A DNA stretch of 64,000 nucleotides from Takakia lepidozioides (lineage: Eukaryota > Plantae > Bryophyta). The stretch is taken from assembly GCA_030704615.1 (NCBI GenBank), contig CM060733.1, positions 71,486,001-71,550,000 of the forward strand. Direction: 5' to 3'. Of the stretch, positions 12,910 through 29,400 are shown one piece after another. Position 1 is the stretch's first letter; every line of letters starts with the position of its first letter. The notes beneath the pieces were generated by a model. It made no database searches. It saw only the letters and a list, made by a program, of their open reading frames with translations, and was not told where the DNA came from. The position numbers and the translations under genes are program-made.

Positions 12910-13375
12910 AACTTCATTGATGGGACAAAAAATTTCTTCAACTTTCCTAATTTGGATCTTGTTCTCCAAAAAGATGGGGGCATTGAAATAGGGGATCTTC
13001 TCATGGGTCAGTTTTGTCACTACCTCGCCCTCACATGCATGTTGGAACACTGCCACCTCTGCCATACCAATTTCCAACATGCAATTTTTTGGTTTGACCA
13101 AATTGCAACTCGTTTATTAAAGACCCAACTGCCAGCCAAGAGTAGCTCTAGAAGGCAGCCATAGAGGAGAGAGAACCAAGGTAACAAATAAAGTACTACA
13201 ATGTGCTAGCTGACACGAGAACGCCTGGGCAGAATCAACAACTTCCTCAGGAGGCCCTTCATCACGGTTACCGCCTCCACCACGCCCGTCAAATCTGCCT
13301 CTCCCTCTGCCACCCCTGCCTCCATAGCCACCTCCACGAAACCCTCTCCACCTCCTCGTCCACCACGCAAAGGAG
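12910..13375 (-). pseudogene. GAR1: Fragment (exons 1-2) of H/ACA snoRNP subunit GAR1
   Basis: RGG-rich exon ending RDEGPPEEVV (frameshifted; donor GT changed to AT at 13235). Exon 12910-13058 reads [49 protein letters not shown], the plant GAR1 core. Downstream exons were not found. Confidence 0.88.
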
Positions 13376-15355
13376 GCAGGGGTGGCAGGTAGCCGCCCAG
13401 TGGTTGGCCGGTATTTGCGCCTTGCCTGTGCATAACTTGGGTGATGTTGGGTTCAACCCTTCAACATGTGCCTTCAACCGTCCATTGGCCCCTCAATGGG
13501 TTGTGTGTTGAGTAGTAGGCTCAGTAAATTCACTGGACGTTAAAGGAACTTTATCTGTTATCGTATCTATGAAGTCCCAAATTCGACCTCGTGATGGATT
13601 TCATTCAGTTGTTTGGTTTAATGATAAAGTGCCAGGCCGTTGAGGCACGTTACTTGGCTATCTCATTTTTAGCATTTAAGTTGTCTCGTTAATGATGACC
13701 ATATCAACACAGTCTGGAGCTGAGGTGTGGCACTTGAGGTCTTGTATTCTGGCAAGCCAATAGGGGTTGAGCATGTGTTTATCCAGATTAGTGTGGCCTG
13801 ATTATTTAATGGAACGGAGGCAAAGGATCTCTCAGTGTGTTTTGTGTGATCTCGACAGTGTACCAGAAACTGGGATGTGCTAGATGTAAAGTGTGGATTC
13901 TGTATGTTGTGTGGACTATTACGGTGCCGTAATAGGAGAAGCGTCTCCTTGCAGCTTTTTTCCATTAAGCATTGCTTCATTTCTTCATTTCATTGTTAGT
14001 GGATCAGTGCAAAACATACATTTTGAGGAGATGCAGGAGAAGTGTCCCACTAGTTGCGGCGTTATCAACCTCCAGGAGGAGGTTTGTTGGAAAAGGAAGG
14101 GGGGAAGTGTTTCCAATAAGCATGCCTTCAAATCCGCTGTTGTCTGTTAATGGGTCAGTGCGGAGCATTCATGTTGCATATATGCAGCAGCCCATTGTGG
14201 CCTATTTCGGCGCCTTTATCCTGAACTCGACTTTGCTTCCAATGCTATGGCCCTGTTTGCCAAATGTGATGGATTTAATGGATTACAAGTGTGTTGTTCT
14301 AATGACCATGGCTCCTAGTGCACATTGCTGCATTCACATACTGGATCTTGTGCACACAGACCAATCCATACACACACGACACATCCAGAAATACTTAGGC
14401 TCAATTGCAAATAACATTTACAGAGGATTGTCCAAGCATGCATATTCCCCATATGCCACAGGGAAGCTACGCTACTTCTACAGGAAAATGTATATGCATG
14501 AGTGTCTGGGAGCCTAAACATGTATATTCTAAACATATAAGAAGGGCGGCTATGGTCCCCTCCGCCAACTGCTTGGAACTCGAATTGGCCTCTCAACGAG
14601 CTGGTGAGTGACTGGGGATCTCTATGTGAATACAATGTCAGAGGTTTCTGTCCCCCTCGTGAAAGACACGACGATGTCATGTCCATCGATAGTGCCCCCT
14701 GTGCACAACATTGCTTTCACTGTGGGCCCTCTGTTTCCCTGGCTCCTGTTCGGCTCCCTGTCCAGTGGTAGGTCCATGTCGATGATGCTTAGGAACCACC
14801 TACTCGCCTGACGAGGTCCTGGGGAATCATGAAATCATGGTAGAAACTCCATAGCTCTCAACTAAACATGCCGCGGATTGTCCCTGTAAACATCCAGGAA
14901 AATAATGATGTCGTCTGATTTTGGTGCGATGAGTCCAACGTCGCGCCCTCGATACACGCAGCTAGCTGGATTCGGCCACGCCATGGCCTCAGCACAAACT
15001 AAGAAGACACTCTGCCGTGAGGAGATGTGTAGTGGAACAACGAGCAGAGCAGAATGAGAGTGAGGCCGGCAGAAGAAGGATATCATTGCTCCACCGCCAA
15101 CTTGGTATGGGGCAGAACTCAAATTTCCTCGCACATGTCTGCATTTATTGCACAAATACGCCACAAGTTTCACCACAGTTTGCAACTGCCAGTCCCGAGC
15201 CCCGTCCTCTATTTCGGCGCCTTTATAACCTTCACTCCGAGCCTTCAACTGACAATTTCTTTTCCGCTGCCCAATTTCGGCACCGTAAAGGATTTTGCCT
15301 GCCTAATATGGCGTATTTCCAGGAGGATTAAAAAGCAGAAATCTACGTCTCATGC

Positions 15356-15414
15356 CACTAGCACATTATGCCAGTTGCACTAGCACATTATGCCAGTTGC
15401 ACTAGCACATTATG
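15356..15414. repeat. 22-bp tandem repeat, about 2.7 copies
   Basis: CACTAGCACATTATGCCAGTTG twice plus a partial copy. Confidence 0.9.
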
Positions 15415-15739
15415 AAACATAATGTGTCTGATTAGGACTGGCAGGCCAATGAGAGGGCGGCAAACTCAATCCTTTACGTACTGGAATGGGCCGCAACATG
15501 CCAATATGGCGGTTTCGGCGGCAGCTCGCCCTCCGGCTCGCCACCACCTTACCCGCCACAATGTCATGTGGCGGCCCATTCCATAGTACGTTATTCCTAA
15601 ACATCATCCATTTCGGGAAAACTACTATCCACGGTTACAGGTCCATATTGCGTGTTGGGTCTGGAAACCTCAATTCTAATTCCGCGAGCGGCCATTCCTG
15701 TGGGGTTATTGCGGCGCCCTTATTGGCCAAATTGCAGTT

Positions 15740-16008
15740 TTTCCATGAGCTTCGCTGGCGGTCCATGAGCTTGGGCTCGATGTCATGAGTGGATACTGTT
15801 ACCCATGAGCGGAGTGTTTCGAGTTTCGACCATGAGCGCGGAAATCTTCGAGAACCAATTTCTTATTTTCATAAACTATTTTTAAAAAAAATCGATTACT
15901 TTTTTTTTCCTTAAAAAATTCTGCCGTTATTGGTAGTGTGTTGCGTGGCGGCTCATGGCCCATGCATGCCCGCTCATGGGCTCATGGGCTCATGGAATAG
16001 CAATCCCC
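15740..16008. mobile_element. Putative MULE terminus with subterminal CCATGAGC motifs
   Basis: About 5 CCATGAGC-type motifs (15742-15838) face 4 inverted GCTCATGG motifs (15950-15995), then GGAATAGCAATCCCC (reverse complement GGGGATTGCTATTCC). The partner end is not in the window. Confidence 0.45.
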
Positions 16009-19000
16009 AGTTCTTCGATGTCACCGCGTCCCCCTTCCTTCCAATCAGGTATGAATCCATCCACTGCCCTCTTCGCTGGAGTGCTTCTAAGACTCGAGAG
16101 ATTATCGGTTGGAGACGTTAAGAGAAGACTTCCTCCGGAGTATGGTGAAAATGTGGGTAGGATAGTGCCTAGTGGTCAATGTCTATGAAAGAACTCCGGT
16201 GTTACTATCAGTGCTCTGATACTATTGGGTGAGGTGCGATCAAATAGTTTTGGTGACTGTTGCTTTGTTTAGGGTTTATGTGTTTGCGAATGGCTTTGAC
16301 TTTTGAGCGGCTTCAGAGAATGTTAGGTTTCATGTAGGTTCAATGCTTATATAAGCTTAAGCAGAAGCTGTGACGGATTTCATTGTAATAATGCATTTTT
16401 TAGGTGTGCTGCTAGTTGACTTTTGGGGAAAGTGGGTAGGCATCAATTTCCCACGAGACTCGTGGCTGCAAATAAAGTTAAAAGCCCTTGCACACTAGAG
16501 GTTGATGCGAGAAGTAGATCTCACCTATTTACTTTTTCTGGATACATCTCATTGTACAAGTCACTCAACCAGTCCCGTATATCAAATGCTTGCTCTTCTC
16601 CATCTCTGTCCAAATATGAAGCTTGCATCATGATTTCTCCCCCGTGCCTATTGGACCTAGTTGATGGGTGTATGGTTCTGAAGTTATTTGTTCCACTGGT
16701 TGCTACACAATTATTGGACCACTGGCGAGAACAATTTCATCAGTATGATTCTTGAGGTTATTTGCTTCACTGGTTGCAGGACTGTTGGAGCAATGACTGA
16801 AAAGCCTTGGGATGTCGAGCATAGCTGCAGTACAGCAACTTCAACACCTCTATTTGAGGAAGAGAAGTTGAAGGCTGGCCTGGCATAAGTCAATGTACCA
16901 TGTACATTTGATGCGTCTGTACCTTCGATTGTGTCCCACTTGAGGTAGAAGAACAACAGACCATTGAAGGGGGCGAAGCCAGGCCATGCCTCCTTACAAG
17001 CTCGAGATTGAATGTACTGCATACTGCAGGTGTGTTTTTATAGAAAGTAGGATGAAGGAAAGAGGTTCAGATGGTCACCTGATGTTAATAAACTGGAATT
17101 AACCAGATCTTGACAATTTCAGAGGGAAAGGAAAACAGCACTTCACCACCAGACTTCAATCAAAGGTAATGGGCTATGCTGTTGTCAACAGCATGCCTTC
17201 TGAAAGTGTTGGCTAACATGCCACCACTTTGAGGGAACTTGAGGTTTTAGTACTTAGTTGTACCTTCTCCTTTTCAGTGGATGTGACTGCTTCTCTCAAT
17301 AATCTGTGTATATCTTTTGATGAATTGCAGCTGTGGGTACTGCTGCAATTGGGAATGGGGACTGAGGATACCAGGTCCTTTCTATATCGGATTTTCTCCC
17401 TCTTGGATTCCTCTGCGCCTACGCAAATGCCGGAAGGGGAACATTGAGAGCTATAAGTTGCCGATATTTGCCAAGTATGTTTTTTTGGAGGTTCTTTAGG
17501 TTTTTGCACTTTCTTTTTCAATCCCTTATCTGTATCATGAGATATTGTCATTGGAAGTTTGCAAGTTTTATTTCTAGTTTATTTGGAATGGTCTCATATA
17601 CCCCAGTTGGCTGCGGGGAGTTAGTGTTCCGGAGGGACTGTTCATTTATGCGTATGTCATGTCATAACTAACAGCGCATGGGGCACAATTCCTGTCCACA
17701 GCCATCCTAGTCTCATTTCTAGACAGGTTGTGACTTGCAGTGCAATCATTTCCATGTGTCACATCTGGCACCAACATGGGCGATTAAAGCAGTAGTGCTG
17801 GAAAACATTTTCTTTCTAGTATGACCCTGGGGTAAGCCATCAAGGCACTCTCTCAGTAGAGGGACAACCAAGTTTCGCCTAACCTTTGAGGTGTAGTGCA
17901 ATTAGCATGGATATTTCTTGTCTATCAATTTGTTGGGTGAAAGGGAGAACGAGGTGACATCTTTGAACTCTGAACATTGATGGTGTGAATGATAACTTTG
18001 ATGGGATGAGATGATTAAGGATGGAGGGCCATGGTTTAGCAGGTTTTGGACAGCGACGAGTCAAAGTGGGTCACCCTACTATGGCCTCACATCCAATGGC
18101 AACTTCCCGGCTCAGGTCCTTCTGCTTGTTCTCTAATTGTTATCAATCTCAGCACTGTTGGTCACATTTTGTGGAAGCATCTTACTGGGTCTAGTATGTA
18201 CCACTTAAAAAATATCTACATGCTATCAAAGCAGTAGTATAGCAGGCATGGCCACTCAAAATCCCCTAGAACCACACTCAGATCACTGGCTCATTATCTG
18301 TCAGAGTGCATTGAGTCTCCAGGTTCTCCTGGGAATATCCTCTTTCTGACAGGCTACTTTGAAGTTCTAGTGAGTGGAAAGCATGGATCGCTTTTCTCCT
18401 CCCCAGGTTGGTTGTACCAGCGCAGTAATTTGTGTAAATTGCAGTAAGTTCTCTGTAACTGCTCAAGATGAAGGATTGGGTGATGATCAGTGTACATGTT
18501 CTGGTGTGGGTGGAGGCAGGCCAGGTCTCCTTTACTGTCCATGCTGAGCCTCATGCACTACCAAAAGCTCCCTGGTCGCATTCTGCTGTTTCCATGGCGC
18601 CTCTTCCCAAGACACGGCTCGATTGCGGCAGACACTGCTCACTATCCATTTGGAACACGCATGTTTGTGCCTGGATATGGCTGGGGCGAGGCAAGTTGCG
18701 ACCGTTGCTCTTAGCCTTAACAGGAAAGGGGCGGGGGAAAACAGGGGTAGTCTTATAGTCTAACTGGAGAGAGGAAGTCCTTAAGCTGCTTCAGTGGCCT
18801 TGTGCTTAGGCTTTGCGCTTTTTTCACAATTGTGATGATGGACGCATTCTGGGAAGCAGGTAGAAGACCGAGGGGGTGCAATAAAGGGACCCACACGCAT
18901 TGATTTGTACCATCACTCACACAAGGAAGCTCTCAAGTGGGGTCGTTGCAAGCTCCAGGTCTTTCTTTTGCTTGCATTCACCCACTCTGTTTTGGGTGGC

Positions 19001-19299
19001 TTCCATCTCACCGAATGGTAACTGAGTATCGCCCCAAGCCTACGGCAACGACACTTTTCTTGTCATTTTATTTGAAAGAGGAAGGGAGAGAGAGAGACCC
19101 CAGCTCAATCTTAAAGAGAAAAAACCTCTTTAGCAACCATTCTCTCTCACTGAAGCATCTTGTGTCACATTCATTCTGACCAGAGGCATACATGAGCGGT
19201 GCTGGAAGTGACCTCATTTTCTGTCATGTTGTCGATCCCGACCGTTACCTCACCCTGTAGCTAGAGTCGCCAGCTGTGTGCAGGCAATTGTGGTTATTC

Positions 19300-20500
19300 T
19301 GGGTTGAGTCTCACACCCAGGTGGGCTCAGACCACATTGGACAAATGTTCATCCAACCCACTTTCTTACTTAGCCCTTGTTTTCTTATCCCTGAAGATGT
19401 ATGTCACTTCCAGCAACTTCATTTTGAGAGAGTAGGAATTTTTTTGGACCCTTTCATCAGGCTAAAAAGGATCCAGTCTTTGTTGATAGGTGCTTCTGGT
19501 GGGTACAGCAACCAATGCGTCCAGTTACTTGGTGGTAATATTGGGAGCTTCAGTGGCTAAGGAATTTGTTTGGGAAGCATGAGGGGCAGAAAGGAAAAGG
19601 AGCCAAGATAATGTCCTCACGAATGTGATGGCTTTGCCAGTCCCAGATGTTTTGGCCTTACAGCTAAGACACAGCTGGATACAAGATCCCCCAGTTTCTT
19701 GCACAATCTCAATAGGGAACGATCAGCCTTCCTTATGGGAGTGAACTTTGCAGCACACCTCTCAAAATTGGAGTTGCCAGGAGACAGGTTAAAACATGTT
19801 CATTGTTCTGCTCCAGCCATCCAGGGAAGGTAGAGAGAGAGATGGGCTCATGGGAAAAGGGTCAGTGGGGCTTATAAGATGGGATTTGTTTGCAGGTTTT
19901 GATCGTGAAACCAGGAGAGAGTACACTGGACACTCTAAGAGTTCCAAAGCCAGTCAAATCTGTGCTGAAAGGCTTGAATTGGTTGCGTTGTCTGATTTTC
20001 TAGTGTTTCATTATTTTTGTGAACTCTTCACCCCAAGTTCTGACCCTTGTGATCACCTGAGTTTGCTAAGCTACTAGACAAATGTTAAGCTACTAGACAA
20101 ACAGCTCAGTGGAGTGGCAGCTCTCACAGAGCTCACTAAGAGGATCAAGATCAGAAAAGAACTAGCCTTGAAGTTTCTTAGTTTGTTATTGATGATGGCT
20201 ATTTTGAAGCCCGCCATTTTGTTTAATTTTTCAGGTGAAGTTAGAGTCAGCTTTAGAGGTATTACTTTTCCCACCACTTTCTAGCGAGGTAAACACTGTA
20301 TATTGCTCAGGAATGTTTCACAAGTTTGTTCAGGTGGAAAATTCCATTTTTTGAGCTGTCAACTTTACCCATCAGACAACTAAGGGCTAGGTCCCGCAAG
20401 GAGTCCTGGGATAGTCTTAGCACCCACCTATGTGTAGCCAGTATTCACCTCTTTTGTCCTTGAGAAGGTTCTCCATTTTTGCATTTTGAATAACATTACC
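19300..20500 (-). mobile_element. Possible highly decayed LINE ORF2 remnant
   Basis: Only scattered LINE-like peptides (e.g. NNKLRNFKASSFLI, NWTHWLLYP) among many stops. Confidence 0.25.
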
Positions 20501-21744
20501 AGTGAAATTAGTGCTGGTTCAAGGGCAGTAAATTAGTTTCCATACTGTTGCTGGGCCCAGGGCGGGATCCGATTGAGGAAGCTGGGCCTGACAATCATCA
20601 GTTAACAAGAGAATCTAGGTTGCAATGGATGCCATAGCTCTGCCGTTACGTGAACTCTACAAGAGTGTTGTCTAAGGATAACTGAGGTGATCTGGGACAG
20701 CTTTTCAGGGATTGCAGTGTCCATCATGATGCTGAATAATGCAATACACTCGCACTAATACCATGTTTTTCTCTTTGGACAAGGGAAGAATGTATATGGC
20801 ACTGATGGACTTCAAGCAATACCAGCTCCAAGATGGGCTTCAATTCCAGTTAAGCTCTATGGGACTTATGAGAGTATGTATAACAAGCCTAAAACGGCGA
20901 TGGGCTCTCTTGCTTTGGCAAAACATAAGAAAAAGGTGAGAGTGAGGGGCATGACAGTACACCAATCTGAGCGTTGCTACACTTTGACCACATTTTCTCC
21001 ATTGACTTGAACATGTTGCAAAGTCTGTCTTTACAAGAAAGCCAACAAAGCCTTGGAAAACCTATATTGATGCGTTTTGGTAAAGATTGCACTACTGCAC
21101 GGTGGTGGTGCAACACTTGCATGGATGCTTATTCATAATCATATTAACAAGCCTTTTTTAAAAAGCCTTAACAACCTGCATTCGTTGCATGACTGTACAG
21201 GGCTGACACAGGGTGAAGATCACTCTTGTGAAGAAATTATTCTTCACAATTTCTCTGCGCATCTGCATGAAACATGTGATTGGATTTCCACTCCACTGCA
21301 TGCAAACGGACGTGTATCTATGTTCACCCCATGCCAACTAACTAGAATACTAGGTCACAAGGAGAGAACTCTGAAAAAAGTGTAGATTTTTAATAAAACC
21401 CCTTCAAAGAGTGACACTTTTGAACACCCAACTCAGCATCAAGAGTGGAAAACTTGAAACTGTGCTGTTTACCAGTACTACATGACCAACATTGGCAGCT
21501 TAAGGATCACATCAGTAGCTCGAAGGACGAATGGTCCTGTAAGGTCAATGCAGAGCTCTTCTCTCTCCCTACATCCCGGCTTTAATCCCGAGCAAAGTCA
21601 GTAACCTTGCAGATTTTGTTACAAAGTAAAATAATCTACCAAAAGAGTTGGACCAGATTGGTTTGCAGGCTCTTGGGAGAGCACTTGCAAGCTGCGAAAT
21701 GGAAGGACATGGCCTCATGCTAGCTAGGATTGTGCAGAGAGAAT

Positions 21745-24681
<2,937 letters not shown>

Positions 24682-24834
24682 AGCTTCCGTCTCAGGCCCT
24701 CACCAGCACTGCTTCTGCGATCCAACACTGGGCCCGAGTAGCGAGAGACACAGCGCAGGCAGGCAATAATGTATGAAGCCCAAAAGCTCACCCACCATAG
24801 CCAATTGCAGTCCACTAAAACTGAGACCGTGCCT

Positions 24835-25235
24835 GGATAAGCAAGACGAACCCATCACCGCGTATTCACGCCGTACATGACTCTCGCACGAACCGTCAGC
24901 CACTACATGCACTATGTATTACCTCCATGCAGGTGTCTTAAGTGCGATTGACACCCACATCCGCAGTAGTTAACCGTGCGCTACATACGGAGCGCATGAC
25001 CGTGGAATACATTAGTAAAAGGTGGCCATACACGCCTGTGGCCACGCTTCGTCTGCGCTGCCTGTGGCTAAGGCCCGACGCCGTCGATGGCAGCTGACGC
25101 CGTCCTATTTCTGTGGACGGAGACCCTTTCACCCAAAGGACGCCGTCCCTTGTTTCGACGGACTTCGTCCGTGCCGCCGTCCAGGGTATTTATCCGGGGC
25201 TACTACCCAGCGCCTAATAGGAGTATGCCACGTAT
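24835..25235 (-). promoter_or_regulatory. GAPA upstream region with I-box-like (GGATAAG) and G-box-like (GCCACGTA) motifs
   Basis: GGATAAG at about 24835 and GCCACGTAT at about 25227, upstream of a photosynthetic gene. These are short motifs and could be chance. Confidence 0.3.
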
Positions 25236-25919
25236 CCACCTTTTCCAGTTGAAAACGGATGGATGTATTTTCTCCATTATGGATGTATTTTCTCTCTTCG
25301 GTCACCTTGTTGGAAATCTCATTTGCAACACTCTTAGCCCAGCCTCTTGTCTTGGTCCCAACATCTCCAGGTAGAATGGCATTAACACATACACACCCCT
25401 GTTCATCACTAAACCATCTCCCAAGTTCCAACGAGAGGTGAATTGGAAGCATGTTCACACTCAATGGTTCTTTGAGGGCCAATCCGGGCTTGACAATTTT
25501 GTACTCTGCTTCATTGTGCTTATGGGTCCCTAGCAGTTTCATTTCATTTCTTGTCAGTCATTTGGGAAAACAATCGGAGTAATGTAAGAACTGCAATTCT
25601 TACACTTTCCACCAGATTCGGCGCCTCCTGTCAAGGCCCTTGTCAAATCCTTCCGACCCCCTCTTACCCCGGACTTACTATTAAATATTTCAGAATGCAA
25701 AAGAGTCGTTGTGCAATGACGATTGGAAAGCCGTTAGCTATGAGACCACACAGACCGGGGTGACACAACCAGTGTTGTACTGGTATGTCCATTTTGACGG
25801 GAGATAATAGGAATAATGTAAGAACTTAATGCACACCTGCAACCTCTGACAGGATGGTACGCCGTTTCGGCATGTCAAATCTTCCCCACCCTCTCTTGAG
25901 AGTGACATGGAACTGAAGG

Positions 25920-26500
25920 AGTGAAAACTCCAATCGGGGTTACACTAGGTTACACGACGAGGCGTGTAACTCCACTTGGGGTTACATACAATGGTTACAC
26001 GACAAGGTGTGTAACTCCACTCGGGGTTACACAGAATAGAGTGTAATTCTAGTAGGTGTAACTCACACTTGGTCTCGAAATTTGACTAAGTATGAACTGG
26101 ACTAAACAGGGTTACATGAGAGATCGGGGTTACAGAGGGTTAAACCGATTGGAATACTAATACCAATCAGATGTAATATACAAATAAAAATTTATGATTT
26201 ATCAATGTAAATGGCAGGCCTAAGCGTATATCACGCCTTGGTGAAGAGAACACTTTTTTTTTGGACATTTTTGATTGGTCCAAATTTTGGCGGGGGAGTA
26301 GCGGTGGGATGCTTGAAGCCGCAGAACAAAATTGAGCAAAAAACAAAATCGATACGTGGCAGAAACCCCCAATGAAAGGCAGCGTAAACCTAATTATTGG
26401 CTTAAAAATTCATTTAAATTTAATTAAATTCTTGAATGGCTTGAGGGGTAAACGCGTCGATGGGGAGGCAAATGATTTGTTCTTTTGTTGTGTCTCCACA
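25920..26500. repeat. Dispersed repeat with GTGTAACTC/GGGGTTACAC motifs
   Basis: Related copies at about 49410-49590 (shared CTTGGTCTC.AAATTTGAC.AAGT) and 52110-52175. The 26400-26480 block recurs at about 52580-52655. Confidence 0.65.
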
Positions 26501-27349
26501 CATGTGTTGCACACATATTCAAGCACATGCGGGTAAAAGATGGGCTTCAACCACATCCGTTCTGTCGCGGCCCTTTGCCTTGAGGGCAGGGGGGGGTCGG
26601 GACACGTGAGGGGCTGCCCCTGTGGTGGGGGCAGCGGTAGCGATAGGATGGGGGGGGCTGAAGCACCCTTGAGTGCCCAAGGTACTCAAGGAGGCGGAGG
26701 CGCTCACTAGGTGGAGCCCCGCACACCGGGTTGCGGTGGGGGTGGCTCCACAAGGGGTGGTGGTAGCTTAGCGGGACTTAGTGGGGGTGGCATAGGACTC
26801 ACCATGGGGGCGGAGACCTCGGGGTGGGAGTCGTGGGGAGTCTTGGGACTCATCACGGTCCATAGGGGCCGTGATGAGTGGGCCAAGAATCACCGTGACT
26901 CATCACCGGGAGTCGAGGGTTTTCGTGGTGGTTCGCCATAAAATGGCATGGCTGGTTGTGAAACCCCCGCGGACAGCTACAGAAGTATATATAGGGAGTA
27001 GTAACCCCGAGAACGGTGCAAGCCCGTTGGTGACCAAAAACTAGTGAGTGAGCGAGCGAGCCGGAAAGCGACCAAAGAGTGGGGAGCTGTTCCGGACTGC
27101 CATCTACCAAAGAGAATCCCACTAGGCCCAAATAGGTGGAGGGTTTAGTGGGGGAGCGAAGGGGGACCGTTATGTCCCGGTGAGCAGCCGAAGCTCCAAG
27201 TTGGCCCGGCGGCCAGGTTGGGAGTCAGGCGCGCGCATCAAAGCAAGTAACTATGACTTGAAGGGGAGTTTACCGAAGTGAGGTGCGCGACACGTTCAAT
27301 GGGTGCAATAGCCGTGCATACATTGCAGGATTTTTTTTTCGCAATGAAC

Positions 27350-27800
27350 AAAAACTGGATGACAAGTGAACGCCTCATTAGCCCATCGATCGAATTTCGA
27401 TTGATCTCATATTACTCTGGGGCCTGTCAGATGGTACGTTCAACGTGTTGGCCAAGTCTCGAAGCGAACGAAAATCATTTGGATGGGCAACCATCCGTTG
27501 GCCCATTGAACAATTTTCGTTTCATCTCATATTACTCTGGGACCTCTTAGATGGTACATTGAACATACTGGCCAAATCTCAAAGCGAACCAAAATCATTT
27601 CGATGGCCAACCATCCGTTGAGCCATCGAATGAATTTTGATTGATCTCATATTAGTCCGGGACCTGATACATGGTATGTTGAACATAATGGCAAAGATTG
27701 AAAGCAAACGAAAATCATTTGGATGGGCAACCATTCAATCGCCCATTGAATGAATTTCGTTTCGTCTCATATTAGACCTGGACCTGTTACATGGTATGCC
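27350..27800. repeat. About 120-bp tandem repeat, about 4 copies
   Basis: AAAATCATTT.GATGG.CAACCAT and TCTCATATTA recur every 120 bp. Confidence 0.88.
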
Positions 27801-27864
27801 CTTGAAGCTCTTTTTGTAGTGTCTCCTGCTTCGTAATGCGGTGCTTCTCCATGTCCACTTTATT

Positions 27865-29400
27865 CAGTATGTTGATCTTCTTCACCTGGAACAGATCCAT
27901 ACATGTGTGAAGAAATCCTTAAATAAGCAAATGATCATCTCCACTTATATAAGCCTCATCCCCAGCTTCCAGTTTTCATGGTCATTTGTTTTTTTAAATA
28001 TTTATATAAGCATGTGTGGATATGTTCCAGATGGAGAATATCAACATTGGAAAAATAAAAGTTGGAGAAGCACCTCATTACGAAGCAAAAGACATTACAG
28101 AAGACCTCAGCATGTTGAACATTTAGATGAAGAACCTTGCCCATCGTCACTTCAAGCGCTTCTGAAATGAGCACATATGTGTTGGTGGAAACTGATCTCG
28201 TAGGCCACACTGATCTCGTACCCATCGAAGATTCTCATAGGCCACATGGAACGGTTCATGTGATACATTTTCACAAATGCGATATGATACATTTGTGAAA
28301 TGGTATCACATCAACCATTTAATGTGGCCAATGCACCTCTTCCGCACCATGGCAGAAATGTTCGTCACTTGAAGGCACAAACACAAATAATCCGTGCAAA
28401 CAATCTCAAGAATCATATATACTGCAAGGTGTTTCATACTGTCGATGTTCATGTAGCTGATTTATTTAGGAATTGTTTTGCTTCTCCCATGCCAACAATA
28501 TCAGGTCCACTGGGACTGCTATATTCCGAATTCCGTATCAGCCACCACGGACATGAAACCAGGAACTGAGCACAAAATCTCCAATTCATTCATTTTATGG
28601 TGGGGCGTGGCTGCAAACTGGCCGAGGTGGCTGATATGTTCGTTTGAACATGACAGTCTCAGATGACCTGATGTTGTTGGCATGAGAATAGCAAAAAGAG
28701 TACTACAGAATTCAGCTAGATGAACAACAATAGCATCAAACACCTTACCGTAAATATGATTGTTGACATTGGTTGTGACAGCTCCAATCAATAGAGAACT
28801 CGCACCATCAGTTGCGCTCCAGCAGCAGTATTGATCCCTCGAGTAAATAAAGCTCTGTTGTAAATAATAAATTGCATACGCTCGAACCTCACAAAAGTCA
28901 TTTCAATAAAACCGGCCGTGTATTGTGTCATTGTTTGTATGTTCAAATGTTTCAATGTTTTTGACATGATACCGAGAAAATGATATATTGATTCCGTAGG
29001 AGTTAGACAACAAACGTTCCATATCTCATTCAAATGTCGACACTACCATGAGTGGCATGGATCAAAAAGTAATAGGTGTACATGCGACCTCCAGACGTTC
29101 AAGTAGACCATTCGCTGGACCTAGTATCAAACGTTCGGACTTCGGAGGTCGCATGTGCACCTATTACTTTCCGATCCATGCCTCTCATGGTAGTGTCGCA
29201 CATCCGACTGAGATGTGAGACGTTTGTTGTTTAACTCCTACGGAACTAATACATCGTATTCTTAGAACCCTAGCAAAAACGTTGGAACATTACAAATATA
29301 AGCAGTGAGACAATACGCAAATCATTTATGTTGCGATGACAGGTGCCAGGGTCGAGCATATGCAATGTAGTATTTACAATGGGACTTTATTTATTACATG
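27865..29400. repeat. Three consecutive degenerate palindromes (about 27865-28055, 28390-28780, 28830-29400)
   Basis: Each has reverse-complementary arms, also visible as similar peptides on opposite strands in the ORF track. The third is best preserved, centred near 29115. Confidence 0.8.

Noticed and set aside
16010-19200. Possible spliced host gene or lncRNA
   Set aside because: Splice-like signals exist, but I could not build a credible ORF or recognise a domain.
26510-27300. LTR/gag fragment in a GC-rich block
   Set aside because: A purine tract and a TATA-like motif are present, but there is no paired LTR, PBS or recognisable gag motif.
27811-27821. TTTTTGTAGTG as a CACTA end
   Set aside because: No partner TIR or TSD found in the window; left unresolved.
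29041-29195. CACTACCATGAG...CTCATGGTAGTG mini-CACTA
   Set aside because: It is the inner part of a larger palindrome whose symmetry extends beyond it, with no direct TSD.
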